Below, piece by piece: positions 1-12,942 of a stretch of 64,000 nt of DNA (the first letter of the stretch is position 1; each line of letters opens with the position of its first letter). The stretch is from NCBI RefSeq assembly GCF_009914755.1, contig NC_060928.1; one strand, 5' to 3'. The position numbers and the translations under genes are program-made. The notes beneath the pieces were generated by a model, which had not been told where the DNA came from, did not search any database, and saw nothing but the letters and a program-made list of their open reading frames with translations. This DNA comes from the human T2T-CHM13v2.0 reference genome, Homo sapiens.

Positions 1-1752
1 CAAAGAAAATCAATTCTCTGAGATTTGAGAGTAAGTGCGTCCTAATTATACCTCCACTGGGCTTCTTTGTTCACTCCAGCCTGGTCCTCCCTGGGGAGAC
101 CAGGGGCAGACAGAGGCCAGACAGGTCCTGAGGCCCCCCGCCATCCTGGGGAGGGGCTGGCCCCTGGGAGTTAGAGGGCTGGGGGTTGGGGGTCTGCTCT
201 TTGTCCTGGCCTAGGAGAAACCTTGTGACCCTGAGGACTGTGAGGGACACACATTCTGGGGACCTGTGGCCACGTGGCCAGCATGCCCAGAGATGATAAA
301 CAGTCCATTTTTCTGGAGCCTCAGGTTCACTTGAAGATGTAGGGAGGAAACGTCTCCAAGTAGAAACCACCAAAGATGTGTTCTAGAAGGGCGTGAAATA
401 GCTCCCAGTGGGGTGGGGCCTTTATGCTAAAGCAGCTCCAGGCCTGTCCCCTCGGCCCCCAGAGGACAAACTAGGTGAGTCTGAGAAGCACTGGCCCCAC
501 AGTCAGGCCACACACGTCAGTGCAGGCCGGGCTCAGAGCCAGGTGCTGGGGTCTGAGGCAGGAGCACTGAAGCCTGGCTCCAGCCCAAGGCCCCCTTGCC
601 CAAGCTGGAGAGTTGCCCCCAGTCCCCTGAGCTCAGCATAGCTCAGCAGTGATCAGACATGGGGAAGCCCCACAAGGCATGCTGCCCATGACAGGAGCCC
701 CACGGCCGTGTGTTCCACCCCTGTGCCTCTCCCCACCTTGGGTCTGTGTCTGGATTCTGCATCGATAGAGCAGGGGTGAGATGTGAAATGCTTCCCCGAG
801 CACCTCTGATCCTCTCCAGTACAGTCGGGGCATATCCTGCAATCCCAGTATATTTTAATGGCTGATGATAAGAGGTGTTGGTTTCAGGATCTCTGGGACT
901 TAATCTTCAATGGAGAATTAATTCCATATCCTGATGGATGGATGGCTTCCAAACAACAGATATGAAGTTGCCTTTGTGGCTTATCTCCCTCTTCTTGCTG
1001 GGCAGCCAAGGCGCTTTAAAGCTCAGTGTACTCTCAGATTCTCACTTGGCCAGGAGGGCCTTGCCCAAGGAGGTACCGAGTGGACAGCCCTGTCTCCCAG
1101 CACGAGTCCAGCAGATGCCACTCCAGGGCGGGCATAGTGCTTGGGGTCTGATTTCCAGCAGCTGCCCGAACTCTGGTACCTGCCTGCGGTCTCCTACCAT
1201 CCTGTGCTGCAGGTGGTGGCCAGGGTGGAGGATGGGGCTCCCTGGAGGAGCTCAGAGTCCAGAGAGGGAAAGAGGCAAGCAGATAGGCCACAGGAATGCC
1301 TCGGCACAGCCACCAGCCTGAAATCAGACGGGCCAGTCAAATCCTGAGTCAGCCACTTATTAACTAAGTGATTTCAGGCAGTGAACTATCCCTTTGGAGG
1401 CTTCTCTGGTCACCTGTGAGATGCATGTGGTAACCTAGAGCTGCCCGGCTCATAGGAGGCATGGGGGAGGAATGACTGGCTGGGATTTGGAGTCAGAAGG
1501 ACCTGACTTTGGATCCTAGCTCTGGACCTAAGCTCCCCACCTGTGTGAGTCCTCAGTGTTCCTGAGAGAGCCCAGTCTCCTCTCCTGCCTTGTCGGCATA
1601 CACTGCCCCCAGGCAGAGTGCCCAGGACTGTACTCAGGGTGTCTGGGGCACTCGGCCCGCACGGGCACAGGGCAGGGGCTGGACACCGTGTGGGCTGACG
1701 AAGGCCACACTTGGAGGGTACATGGCTGACGGCTGTCCCCCTTTTCCCCCAG
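1..1752 (+). other. SORCS2: SORCS2 intron upstream of the exon (3' end)
   Basis: Ends in the polypyrimidine tract and AG acceptor of the exon; no other exon recognised. Confidence 0.85.
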
Positions 1753-1852
1753 GTCATCAGATTTCGGGACGTCCTACACCAAGCTCACCCTCCAGCCTGG
1801 TGTCACCACCGTCATCGACAATTTCTACATCTGCCCGACCAACAAGAGGAAG
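1753..1852 (+). CDS. SORCS2: Internal coding exon (100 nt) of sortilin-related VPS10 domain containing receptor 2; VPS10P beta-propeller Asp-box segment
   Basis: Pyrimidine tract and acceptor tgtcccccttttccccc-AG (AG at 1751-1752); donor AAG|gtaggt at 1853. One nt completes the upstream codon, then 33 codons: SSDFGTSYTKLTLQPGVTTVIDNFYICPTNKRK. This contains the Asp-box S-x-D-x-G-x-S-Y and matches my recollection of SORCS2. Too short and ATG-less for the ORF track. Confidence 0.95.
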
Positions 1853-4664
1853 GTAGGTGCTGGCTGGGGGTGGCCGCCACTCTGGCTCTCGCCTTGTGCC
1901 GCTCACTCTGCAGAGCAAGGAAGCTGCTGCCCTGCCCTGCTGTCTCCTACTTTGGCCCAGGCCGGAGTGTGAGATGTTTCCCTCCCAGCTCTCACTGCCA
2001 CCCTTCCCGGTGCTACCTGACACCATTCTGTGCTTTAAACCAGAGGCCAGGCTTTGGAGGAAGGCGCCGCCTGCATACCTAGGGCACATTTGTCTTCCCG
2101 CTGGTTGGGGTGGGGGCATGCATCCATCAGAGCACAGCAGGGAGGAGCTGTGGGCCTGGAAGCAGAGACAGCAGCAGCTCTCTTGGGCTGGGAGCCCTCG
2201 GAAGGCAGTGCTGAGCAGGCCCGTTCTTCGGAAGTTAGTTGTTGATCCGGTTTTGATTATGCTATGATTTCCATCTGAGCTCTCCTTGCTGTTTCCTGGG
2301 TCTGGGGGAACTTCCTGACTTTGCTCTCTGGCTGGCTGTACAATAGGAGAGAGGGGTCTTTCCGAGGCTACCCACCGTGGGTTCCGTGAGAAGAGCCCTC
2401 CTGCAAACGTGTGTTTGTGTCCTGGCCCACCCCCTGAGCCCAGATCAAGGTCGGCAGAGGCACCAGGGCAAAGCTGTCCTGTGAACCTGACTCCATTCAG
2501 CAAAGCAGTTCACGGTCACAGAAAGGGACTCAGACCAGTGTTTGCATCCCAGCTCCCCTCTCTGTGCCCCAGTTTCCTCAAATGGGATGTCACCCACACC
2601 TCGCACAGGGAATTGTGAGCTCTAGGATCAGGCACCCAGAGCCCCTGCATGATGCTCGGCATGAGGTGGGCACACAGGCCCCTGTGCTCAGCTCTAATGG
2701 TGACTTTGAAGGAGAAATCTGAGCAGCTTGGAGTCTGTGAGAATGTCCATGAATCAACAGAACATCCAGAAAGGGAGTTGTGCGGGATGGTGATGATTCC
2801 AAGGGTGCTGGAGTGTTTCGATGGTTGCGCTGGTGGCAGGTTCACAGGGGCTCAGAGGAGCTGGGCGCACTGGAGCTTGGCAGCTTCTGCTGAGACCACA
2901 GGCCTGGCAGCAGCAGTCTATGGAACGAGGGGGCTGAGATGCGTGCAGCCTTGATTGGGCCGTCTCGGTGGTCTCAGCCACGTTTGTTCATGGGATGTCC
3001 TCTCTCTTCCTAAAGCAGGTTGCTTTGCTGTTTTTGTTTTGTTTTGTTTCGTTTTTTTCTCTTCTTGATTTCTGCTGTAGGAGCTTCCAGCTGGACAGAC
3101 TTGGAATGCAGAGGTGGGGAGGGCTACAGAGGGGAGGTGAGGGAGACCTGGCCCTGGGGACACGAGAGGCGCCTGCTGGAAGGCCATGTCTCGGCGTGTA
3201 GGGAAGAGAGGTGGGTTGACCTGAGCCAGCCCCTGCTTCTTCCCAGCCCCAGCCCTGGGGATTCACACACCCGATCTCTTTCCATCCCACAGCAGCCCAA
3301 AGAGGGAGGCATCATTATCCCCCTTTCCAGGGCAGGACATTGGACGAGAGAGGTGAGATTTGCTCAGTCTCACACCTGGTGGTGCAGGGGGCCTGGATTT
3401 GAACCCAGCTTCACCGAGCCCAAAGCTGAGGGTGGAGGGTGTTGTCCAGGCTTGGCAGCAGTGAGGCCTGTACCTGCTGGAAAACCCAAACCCTATGGGA
3501 GCAGGGGCAGACACTCTGCCTTCCAGCCCGACCATCACCCCTTCTTCCTGGGGTTGCTGTGATTCAAATTTGAGACAAAGATGAGTGGCTGGGGGCTGGC
3601 GCTGACCCAGATGAGGGCCCACACTGACCCCAGATTCCAGCTGGCAATAGAGGAGGCCACGCCCCCCACCTCCTGGCCCAGCTTCGAGTTCCTGTCCATC
3701 CAGCCGATCTGGTCCTGGTGGCCTTCCAGCGGCTGCCCTTCTCCACTCCATGCAGGGGACACTCCGCTCCTGTCTTTCTGGTCACCAGCTGGGAGGGTCC
3801 ACAGGCACCTGGGATGTGATGGTACCTCCAGGGTCAGCCCTGCAGGCCACGTCTGTGTTTGGAAATGTGAAGGGCAAGGCAACAGGGGCAGTAACGGAAC
3901 CAAGAGAGACTCTGAGGCCCTGAGGTCAGGCAAGGTGTCACATGGAGACTGGGTCAGACAGTGTGAGGTCAGACAGAGCTGCTTCTGCATGCAGCAACCT
4001 GGGGACATGGCCGTGACCTCCGCTGAGCCTCAGTTTCCTGGCCTGTAAAGCGGGCAGGTGGAAGGGCCCATGAGATGATACATAGAATGCACAGGGGATC
4101 AGCAGAGGGGTTCCTAGGCAGCACTGGGCCTTCTGTGCGGGCCAAAGGCTGGGGCTGCGATGTGGGGTGCTCAATAGAACTTCCTCTACAGGCAGCACCG
4201 GGGAGGTATCTGCAGTCTTGAAAGCAGACAAGCCCTGAGACAGGTTATTTGAATCCCTGGGCACAGGCTGGATTTCAGAGCCAGGAGTTTGGACATTTAG
4301 CCTAGAAATATCACTGCGGGTACAGGATTGGGTCTGATGGTGGCCTGGCACCCAGCACAGAGGCTCAGCTGACTTTAAAGGAATGGGATGAATGAATGAG
4401 TGAATGAATGAGTGTCACAAACAGTGTGTGCTGCCGAGTGGACACTGTAGCCGCATCAGGTTTGCCTGGGTGCAGACACTGGATTTGCAGGGTGGTGTAG
4501 AGGACAGTGCCTGTGCTGGGGAGTCCCTATCCTCAGTCCAGCTCTGCCAGGTCCCCCCCCATCAGGGAGCCACAGGTGTCTCACCTGTAAAGGGGACAGT
4601 GATCAAGGGTGGGCTTGACAGGTGAGTGCCTGGCAGAGCCTCACTCAAAATTACCATTTACTGT

Positions 4665-5120
4665 CAGCTGAAGAGAAGCCCCCAAAGATGTCCCAGTCCC
4701 GACCCCTGGAACGTGTGAATGTCACCTCTATGGCAAAAGGGACTTTGCAAATGGGATTAAGTGGAGGATGTTGTGATGGGAAGGTTCTCCTGGGTTGTCT
4801 GAGTGGGATCAGCTCAGTGTCATCACAGGGTCCTTGTGGAGGGCAGCAGGAGGGCCAGGCCTGCAGGGGGAGCTGGGAGATGGAGCAGAGGCTGGGGCAG
4901 GGCCTGGTTGGGGCCACAAGCCAAGGAAAGCAGGCGCCTCCGGAAAGAAGTTGGAAAAGCCAAGGAAATGGACTTGCCACTGGAGCCTCCAGAGGAACCA
5001 GCCCTGCCAACACCTTGCCTTCAGCTTTGTGCCCTCCATGGCCAGAGGAAAATGAATTTCTATTGCTTCAAGCCACGGAGTGCATGGTGATTTGTTGCAG
5101 CAGCCACAGGAGGCTGACAC
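4665..5120 (+). mobile_element. MaLR LTR, MLT1C/D-like
   Basis: ccccaaagatgtcc...cctggaacgtgtgaatgtcacctctatggcaaaagggactttgca...ggagcctccagaggaaccagccctgccaacaccttg...tgatttgttgcagcagccacaggaggctgacaca, typical MLT1 motifs. Confidence 0.8.
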
Positions 5121-5689
5121 AGCTGCTGTTTTGAGGAGGGGCTGCAGGGGTTGGGGCTGGGAGTAGGGAGGCCGGGGCTCCTGCTCTCCCCTCACCCACA
5201 TTGTTCTGCCCACCCCACAGCCACCCAGATGGAACTGGCCTCCCGTGGGCCCTCCTCCTCCTGCTGACACACCGATCCTGATTCCTGTTGGACCCCAGGT
5301 GGCAGGAGCAAAGTCACAGGTGCAGACAGGGCTGGGCTTCTGGGTGCCCCGGTTTGGGCCTGTTCTCACCTCTCCCTGCCCACCTCCTCACCACAGGACA
5401 AAACTGATCTCTCTCCGGAAGGCCATGATCCCCTAGGTTGGAGGCACCAGGAGGCCCACCAAGGGCCTTGCTGAATCTGAACTTGTTGCTTCCAAAGCCC
5501 CTGATGCTGCAGGAACTGCTGTCTCGGAGGCAGGCAGGGCAGTTACGGTGCGGGGCCAAGAGTGCAGCGGATGTGGGGCACCGGGGAGCGGCAGGGGAAT
5601 GGGATGAGAGGCTGACCCCCTGGCTTCTCTGGCTGGGGCATAGGGGCCTGTTCCTGGGTCTGAGTCTGGCCCTGTAGCCTACCCGCTCT

Positions 5690-5830
5690 GAGACCTTGAG
5701 CAAGTGTGAACCGCCCTTGTTCTGGGCTTCCTCATTGGTGAAATGGGGGTAGTAGCAGCATCTATACTGTAAGGCTGATGGAATTAATGAGGTGCTCCTT
5801 GTCAAGTGCTCAGATCCGGGCCTGGCCCGA
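5690..5830 (+). mobile_element. MIR SINE fragment
   Basis: gaccttgagcaagt...ttcctcattggtgaaatggggg core motif. Confidence 0.65.
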
Positions 5831-6424
5831 GGGAAGACCCCATGAGTTACTCGTGTGACCCACCGTTATCCTTAGAGGGAAACACTGACGCCCTCCTGGC
5901 CAGCCATCTGAGACTTTAGGTTAGGAACTGGCTGCAGGGTGACAAAGCCTCACACGTGTGGCCCCAGTGGGCTGTGTCTGTTGGAGGGACCACACATGGC
6001 CATGGAACAGAGGCCTCACCTGGTGGCTGTGCCAGGCATGGGGGGCATTGCCCTGGCCCTGCTGATCTGCACCCACCTGGTTCCCTCAGGCCCGGGTCAG
6101 GCTGCTTGCTCGTGGCATGTCCCGCCCACACCTCTGTGTTTAGAGAACAAATTAATTATCAGTGATGGGAACCGGGGCAGCGATTTGTTATCTAACTAAC
6201 AGGGCGGCATATGTTTCCCTGTGATGCTGCTGGCAGTGCGCTTCTGCCTCAGGAGAATGAAACATTGGCTCCTGTCTGCAGAGGTGTGGACGGGCCACGT
6301 GCTGAGTGGGGCTAGGGACGCAGGTCAGGGAGGGCCAGAGAGCACGTGGACTCAGAGGCCGAGGGCATCAGAGGGCCCAAGCTCTAGGCAGCAGGCTCCA
6401 CTGTTCCTTCTCTAGTGGTACAAA

Positions 6425-6560
6425 CTGTAGGCAAGTTCCTAATCTGCCTGCACCTCAGTTCCTTGTCTGTAGAGTGGGGTTGCGGTGGTGAATAAGGATT
6501 ACCTGGGTTAATGCATATACGGTACCTAGAATCAAGCCCGGCACACAGTTTGATAGTGGT
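6425..6560 (+). mobile_element. MIR SINE fragment
   Basis: ggcaagttcctaatctgcctgcacctcagttccttgtctgtagagtgggg...ggcacacagt. Confidence 0.6.
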
Positions 6561-7946
6561 CTTTGCAACAAGTGGGAACTCGGGCTGATTTGGTTTTAAA
6601 TGCATTTAGATGCTGAAAAGCCATAGTTACGATTCCACATAAAACAAATTTGACTTTACATGTCAAGTAAGGAGTGGGGCAAGCCAGAGAAGCTGGTTAA
6701 GGCAGAAGAAGAGACTCAGGAGGTACAGGGCTGGTCTTCAGACACCTGCATGGTGGTCCTAGGGAACAAGAGCAGCCCATGACTGTGGGGCAGAGGTCAG
6801 GCGTGATTCCTCCCTACTCCTCAGCCGTGCACGGCCCCTGGCACTCAAACAGAACTCACGAGAGAAGGATGTGATGGGCTGGGCTGGGACACTTCTGGGA
6901 AAGATATTTCAATGTAATATGAAGCAAAAATGGCCTTTATCATTGCATGAAACTTATCTACTTGGAGTTTCTTGATCCCTTCTGCTAGCCCCTCGGTGAT
7001 CATTTTTGGTGTATCACACTTTCGGCCAGAAGCGGATGTCCCCATACTCAGATGTGTGTGGGGGGGGGGCAGGGCCCACCTCGAGGTCACCATTTGTTCA
7101 CTTCCATTAGCCAGAGCAGAAAATGGAGGCTCAGGGAAGCTCGGAGAGTCTTCCAAGGTCACCCAGCCGGTAGAGAGAACAGAAGCAATCACTGACACAT
7201 GGTGCTTGAACCCAGGCCTGCCAGCCCCTAGAGTACCCCTTGTCATGCTCCGGGCTCCTGAGGCACCCTTGCAGCTAAGTTCTAGCAAGCTGATGGGGCT
7301 CCCTGTGTCTGCGCAAGCACAGCCCGGCCCGCTTGGCTGGGGGCTAGAAATCAGCAGCTCCTTACTGCACACCGGGCGCAGTCTGGGGGCTGCTGAGCTG
7401 TGTAACTCTGGGCAGATCCCATTTCCTCTCTGGGCCTCAGTTTCCCCATCCCTTAGATGAAGCAGCTGAATTGAAGGCTCTCCAAACCCCCTTCAAGCTC
7501 CACTATCCTAGCTTCTCCTGGTCTCCCAGGGCGATCCTCTGGGAAGAGTAGCAGCCATGAAAGAGGATGCCTGTGGGCAGATCCTGACTTGGCTCCATCT
7601 ACCCTGTGCCCAGGCCATCTTCGTGGTGAGAGGGCAGCTTGAACGGGGTCTCTAAGCCCCTCCCAACACCCACACCCACCCATTCAGCAGAAATGGGGGT
7701 GAGACCCTACTAGGTGCTGGGCTGTGTGCTTGGTGCTAGAGAGAGAGAGCCCTTTGCTTTGTCCAGTCTTATAGAGAGCAGATACAGATTATGTACCTAC
7801 TATGCACTGGGTCCCTTGCTGGGCACTGGGGAGCAAAGGTGAACTGGACAAACAGCTCTAACCTTCTAGAGCCTCTGAGGGTCTGGTGGGGCCCTGAGAA
7901 ACTGAATCTCTCTGCTGCAAGTTTATAGAAAGAATGAGAAAAGGGC

Positions 7947-8219
7947 GGCCGGATGCAGTGTCTCACACCTGTGATCCCAGCACTTTGGGAGCAGAGGCTG
8001 GAGCATCGCTTGAGCCCAGGAGTTTGAGACCAGCCTGGCCAACATAAAAACATAAAAATAAAAAATAGCCAGGCCTGGCACGTATGGTCCCAGCTACTCA
8101 GGAGGCTGAGGTGGGAAGATGGATTGAGCCCAAGAGGTTGAGCCTGCCGTGATCTATGATCCCACCACTACACTCCAGGTTGGGCGACACAGTGAGACAC
8201 TGTCTCAAAAGAAAGAAAA
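7947..8219 (+). mobile_element. Alu, old AluJ-like, internally shortened
   Basis: ggccggatgcagtgtctcacacctgtgatcccagcactttggga...gcttgagcccaggagtttgagaccagcctgg...gagacactgtctcaaaa; 'ttgagcccagga' is AluJ-type; imperfect agaaaaggg flanks. Confidence 0.9.
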
Positions 8220-8808
8220 GGGGGCAAAGTCAGCCTTTAGCCAATAGAGGATTGACCCGGGTGACTCTGATTGGGAAAAGATCACTTTGTTTACAGGGGC
8301 AGTTGCATGAGTGTGTGCCTTGCCAGGTCTGCCTCTCTGTTATTGGATAATGGATAGGTTTTGCAGGAAGACGTGAATACTATTAGGACTCCATTTAGCA
8401 ACAATTACAGGCCGAGCAGCACTTTATAGCTTCTTGGAGACCACTTTGCAACCTGTCTTAGGGAATGAATTCCCTTTTATTTTTGTCTCGCCTGCAGCAG
8501 AATCAGCAGTCCCTGGCCTTGCTGCTCCTGGCCAGGCAGCCTACTATTGTCATGGCTGGACCCAAGGCCCTGGGGGCCCTGACGACCCCTACACATCCCC
8601 TGCAATGCTCAGATCAGCTTCGGGCCGACAGCAGGTTTCCTTCCCACTTGGCCCCAGGAGCCCTGTGGCATGGGGAAGTGTGAAGGCACGGCCCAGAGGA
8701 GCTGGCCCAGGCATGGAATTTCTTCCAAGCATTGTGTTTTATATGAAAAATTTATGTGAATGGGCATCTTACTCCATTATATATCAGTGTTGGCTTGAAT
8801 ATTAAAAT

Positions 8809-8830
8809 CACACACACACACACACACACA
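8809..8830. repeat. (CA)n microsatellite
   Basis: About 11 CA units seen directly. Confidence 0.9.
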
Positions 8831-9889
8831 TTTTCACCAAAAAATCTTTATGTCAAGCTGGTGATCTGGGAGAAGGCCAAGTCCTGGGACACCCTGGCCC
8901 ACCCACCATATCACCCGGGCCCTTGACCCCAGATATGAGAAGCACAGGGTTAGGACAAAATCTCCCTGAGTTCACCTCTTCCCTCATTCCGCTCACTCGC
9001 CCGTGTCTTTGTAGGGGAACTGCCACGTGTTAGTAAGCACTCAGGACTGAGCAATGAATCAAGTGAAAATTTTGTTTTTAAGAAGCTCAAAGTATTGCGG
9101 AAAGTGAAAACCTCCACTTGGCAGAGGCGGTGTGGTCATGATAAAGCATGGCCCTGTGTCCTGAAGGCCTTTTATGAAAGTTCAGCCCTGTTCTCTAATC
9201 TCTACAGCAGCCCTGCAGGGTAAGGATGCTCATGGGCCATTGCACAGGTGAAAGAAATTGAGGCCCAGAGAGGCCAAGTTGCTTCCCCCAGGCCCCATAG
9301 CCGGTGGGCTGCTGAACCAGGACGCGCCCCAGGTCTAAGGGCCCCATCAGTGCTGCCCTGTCACCACCCCCCAAAGCCTTCCAGCAGCTCTGTACAGACA
9401 CCAAAAGCCTGTGCTTTGGGCACAGGGCCCTGCCCCCCAGGAGGAAACCTGAGGGATGGGGCACAGATCCTGGAGCTGTGGACCCACTAAGACAGGTTCC
9501 CAAGTTCTCTGGACCTCATAGTCCTCACCAGGAACACGGGGTGGTGGTACCACCTGCTCTCCAGGCCCCAGCTTCACAGGACTGTGCCATTCAGGCCGAG
9601 CCAAGTCCCAGGCTCCTCTTGAGGCTGTGCCCATGTCCACTTCCTGTGGACTCTGTGTGCTTGCCAGAACACAGAAGTCCAGTACTTTGTTCTGCTCTTT
9701 GTCTGTGGGTCTCTCTCCCACCCATGTGTAGGGTAGCTGGCTGGCTTCCCCACCACACTGGGCTCTAATGGCTCCCTCTCCCTCCCTCCTTGTTTTCTTC
9801 CTTCTCTTTGTCTCTCACTCTCTCTGTCTCACTCTCTTCCCTCCACTCTGAACCCCTGCCTTCAGCCCTACAAACTCCTTCCCAGCTGC

Positions 9890-10480
9890 AAGGCCCCGAC
9901 CCCCGTTATGGAGGCCCCGCCCCCCGTTATGGAGGCCCCGCCCCTTCCTGCTGTGGAGGCCCCGCCCCTTCCTGCTGTGGCGGCCCCACCCCATCCCTGC
10001 TGTGAGGGCCCCACCCCTTCCTGTTGTGGATGCTCTGCCTCCTTCCTGCTGTGGAGGCCCCACCCCTTCCTGTTGTGGCTGCTCCGCCCCATTCCTGCTG
10101 TGGAAGCCCCATCCCCTCCCTGCTGTGGGGGCCACGCCCACTCCCTGTTGTGGAGGCCCCACCCCCTTCCTGCTGTGAAGGTCTCACCCCCTCCCTGCTG
10201 TGATGGCACCGCCCCTTCCTGTTGCAAAGGCCCCACTCCCTCCCTGTTATGGAGGCCCCACCCCCTTTCTGCTGTGGAGGCCCCACCCCCTGCCTGTCGT
10301 GGAGGCCCCGCCCCTCCTGTTATGGAGGCCCCGCCCCCTTTCTGCTGTGGGGCCCCACTCCCTCCCTGCTATGAGGGCCCTGCCCATCCCCGCCCCTGCC
10401 TCTCCCTGCCCCTCCCTGCCCCTCCCTGCCCCTCCCTGCCCCTGCCTCTGCCTCTCCCTGCCCCTGCCTCTCCTTCCTGC
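9890..10480. repeat. GC-rich degenerate minisatellite, unit ~23-25 bp (cctgctgtggaggccccRcccctt), ending in a (ccctgcccct)n tract
   Basis: About 20 variant units seen directly; explains the Pro/Gly-rich repetitive ORFs here. Confidence 0.9.
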
Positions 10481-12482
10481 CAACTGCTGACCTCTTGGCC
10501 CGCCTAGGGTTTTCCTTCCTCTCCTTCTGGACCTGAGCTGTGCATGATGGTGCTCAGAGGCAGCTGAGATTAGCCCGGGTCCCGTGGACATAGGACCCCA
10601 GCCTTCTTCTGTGGCTAGGAAACCCTGTGAGTCATGTACTATGTCCAGCGGGGGATGGCAGCACCCTGTGGCTGCTTTGCCACCGCCTGTGCTTTGTGGG
10701 ACCCACACTCTGTGTGCAGTAGCTTGGGAAGTCCCAGAATCTGCCCTTGCGCTTCACGGCTTTGCCCTTAAGGCGTTCTGAGCAGCGAGAGCCAGGCTGC
10801 ATGGTCCCATGGTGCCGAGATGCTTTGGCGCTGCGCTGCATCCTGCTGCGCAGTTCTTCCTCCCGAGGGTCTGGCCAGCATCACCCGCTCCCCGGCCCAC
10901 ACATCTGATGAAGAGAGTCATGAGGGAGGGCGGGGGAGACAGAGTGGGGAGAACAGGCTTTACGGAGACTCAACCCCAGGTTCCCTATTTCCTGGCTTTC
11001 CGACCCCCCTGCCCCCCGCACCCCGGGTGTGAAGTGGGGATGAACATTACCCACCTCATCTGGTCATGTGGACTGTTAAATGGGAGGATGCCTGACTCAG
11101 CAGCTCAGGCCTGGCCCTGGCAATCAGTGTCGTAAAGTGGCCAAGGGAACCGGCCAGCGCCCCACCCACGAGGCTGCCCTCAGGTCAGAGCCAGTGCGTG
11201 AGGCATGGGGGTACAATGCCAGGCACACAGCTGGGGCTCAGACAGGACCAAACTATCCCTTCTGTCTCTTACCCTGGACCTGCCATCTGTCATGACCATG
11301 GACTGACACTCCTGAAAGCCAACCCATCCTTTCTGTCTCCCTGTGATGGGAAGTGAGGGTGAGACTGGCATTACACTTCGGGAGGGGAGCCAAAGGGTGC
11401 CATGTCTGGGCCTGGGCTGCTGCAGGGCTGCCATGCGTGCACCTGTGGCCTCCGGTGGTGTAGGGGTGTGGGCGCCATTGTGGCACCCTTGCACACAGTC
11501 TCATCCATGGTGCTCAAGCTCAGGGTGCCTCGTGGGACCCCAGGACCTGGGCACATGCTGGGGCTGCCACCATCATGGGAAGCCTTGCTAACTTTCCATT
11601 CTGCTGGTAATTTGGGCTGCCAGGGAGGATTCCCAGTGCTCTGTATGGACATGCATTTGCAAATTGAGATCATTCTCTGATGATGGTCTCTGGGCAAGAC
11701 TGGCCATCAGAGGAGGGGTATCCCTAGCCTCCTCAGGAGGGGCGATCACTCAGGAGCCCTGAGCCAGGCTTGCTTATGGGCAGTGGCTCACAGCTGTGGC
11801 CAGGGCCTTGCTCGGGGGCGCCCAGGCAGCCAGGCCTCTCCCTCAAGTGGTCTGCCCTTTTTCTTGAAGAGTGGACATCAGAACCATCTGCGGACATGGC
11901 TGAAAGACCACCTTTTAAGCATCATGTTGCAGACCAGAGGCACAGCCAGGCTGAGAGGTGGGGAGAGTGTGCAGGGTCAGCGCCTCCACACGGAGCCCTA
12001 GTTTCAGCCTTAAACATGCAGCACACGGGGCGTGTGGACATGATGGTGCAGCTACACCAAAGAAAAACGCAGATAGAAACCAACAGGAAAGCCGGAGTCA
12101 ACTGTTTTGATTCCAGGACTCCAGCTTGAAGGTCTAAGCGTGGCCAGCAGCAAGGCAGCTCACCAATGAGCATACTTTGGGTGCTTCTGGCCCCCCAGCC
12201 ATGTGCAGGACCCCCTGCCAGCTCCCCACTTTTTGGCCCCATTCCCCTTTTGTAACAGGGGTGAGGGCAAGGCAATTGCCCAGCAGAGCTCCAAGACCAG
12301 GAGAGCTCCAGAGAGAAGGAGCTTTGCCTGCTTCAGCCAAACCAAAGGGGCCCATTGGCAGCCCCTCCTCCTCACCCCTCATGGGCGGAGGGTTGGGGGG
12401 TGTTCCTGCCCCGCCTGCCCTATCTTAAACAATCAGTGATTATCAATTATTAAGACAGCCCTGCTCCTGGGGCTGCATGCAG

Positions 12483-12942
12483 TGCTTTGGGCTGAATTGT
12501 GCCCCCCAAAAAAATATGTCCGTGTCATAACTCCTCATCCCTGCCAATGTGTCCTTCTTTGGGAATAGGGTCTTTGCAGCTGTAATCGAGGTAAAATGAG
12601 GTCATTTCCAACATGACTGGTATTTTTATAAGAAAACGAGAAGAGACTCAGAGACAGACAAGACAGAGGGCAGGTGACACGAAGACATATGGGGAAGAGG
12701 AGAGGGCCAGGATGACAGAGGCTGAGGGGAGTGAGGCAGCTGCAGGAAGGGGAGGCCTTGGAGCCCACGACACCAAAAACTAAAAGGAAAGCTTGGAATG
12801 GATTCTCTCCCAGAGCCTTCGGGAAGCATTGTTGACACCTTCATTTTGAACTCACAGTCTCCCGAATTGTGAGAGGACACATTTCCACTGTTTGAAGGCA
12901 CCAGTGTGTGACACTTTGTCTCGGAAGCCCCAGACGCTGATG
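12483..12942 (+). mobile_element. MaLR LTR, MLT1B/C-like
   Basis: gggctgaattgtgccccccaaaa...tgggaatagggtctttgcagctgtaatc...gattctctcccagagccttc...gacaccttcattttgaac...gaattgtgagaggacacatttcc. Confidence 0.8.

Noticed and set aside
1590-2503. ORFs overlapping the SORCS2 exon in other frames or on the other strand
   Set aside because: They are out of frame with the real exon and resemble no known protein; chance ORFs in GC-rich DNA.
9908-10507. Pro/Cys-rich 199-aa ORF resembling a keratin-associated or SPRR protein
   Set aside because: Repeat unit lengths vary and are not kept in frame; it is a minisatellite translation.
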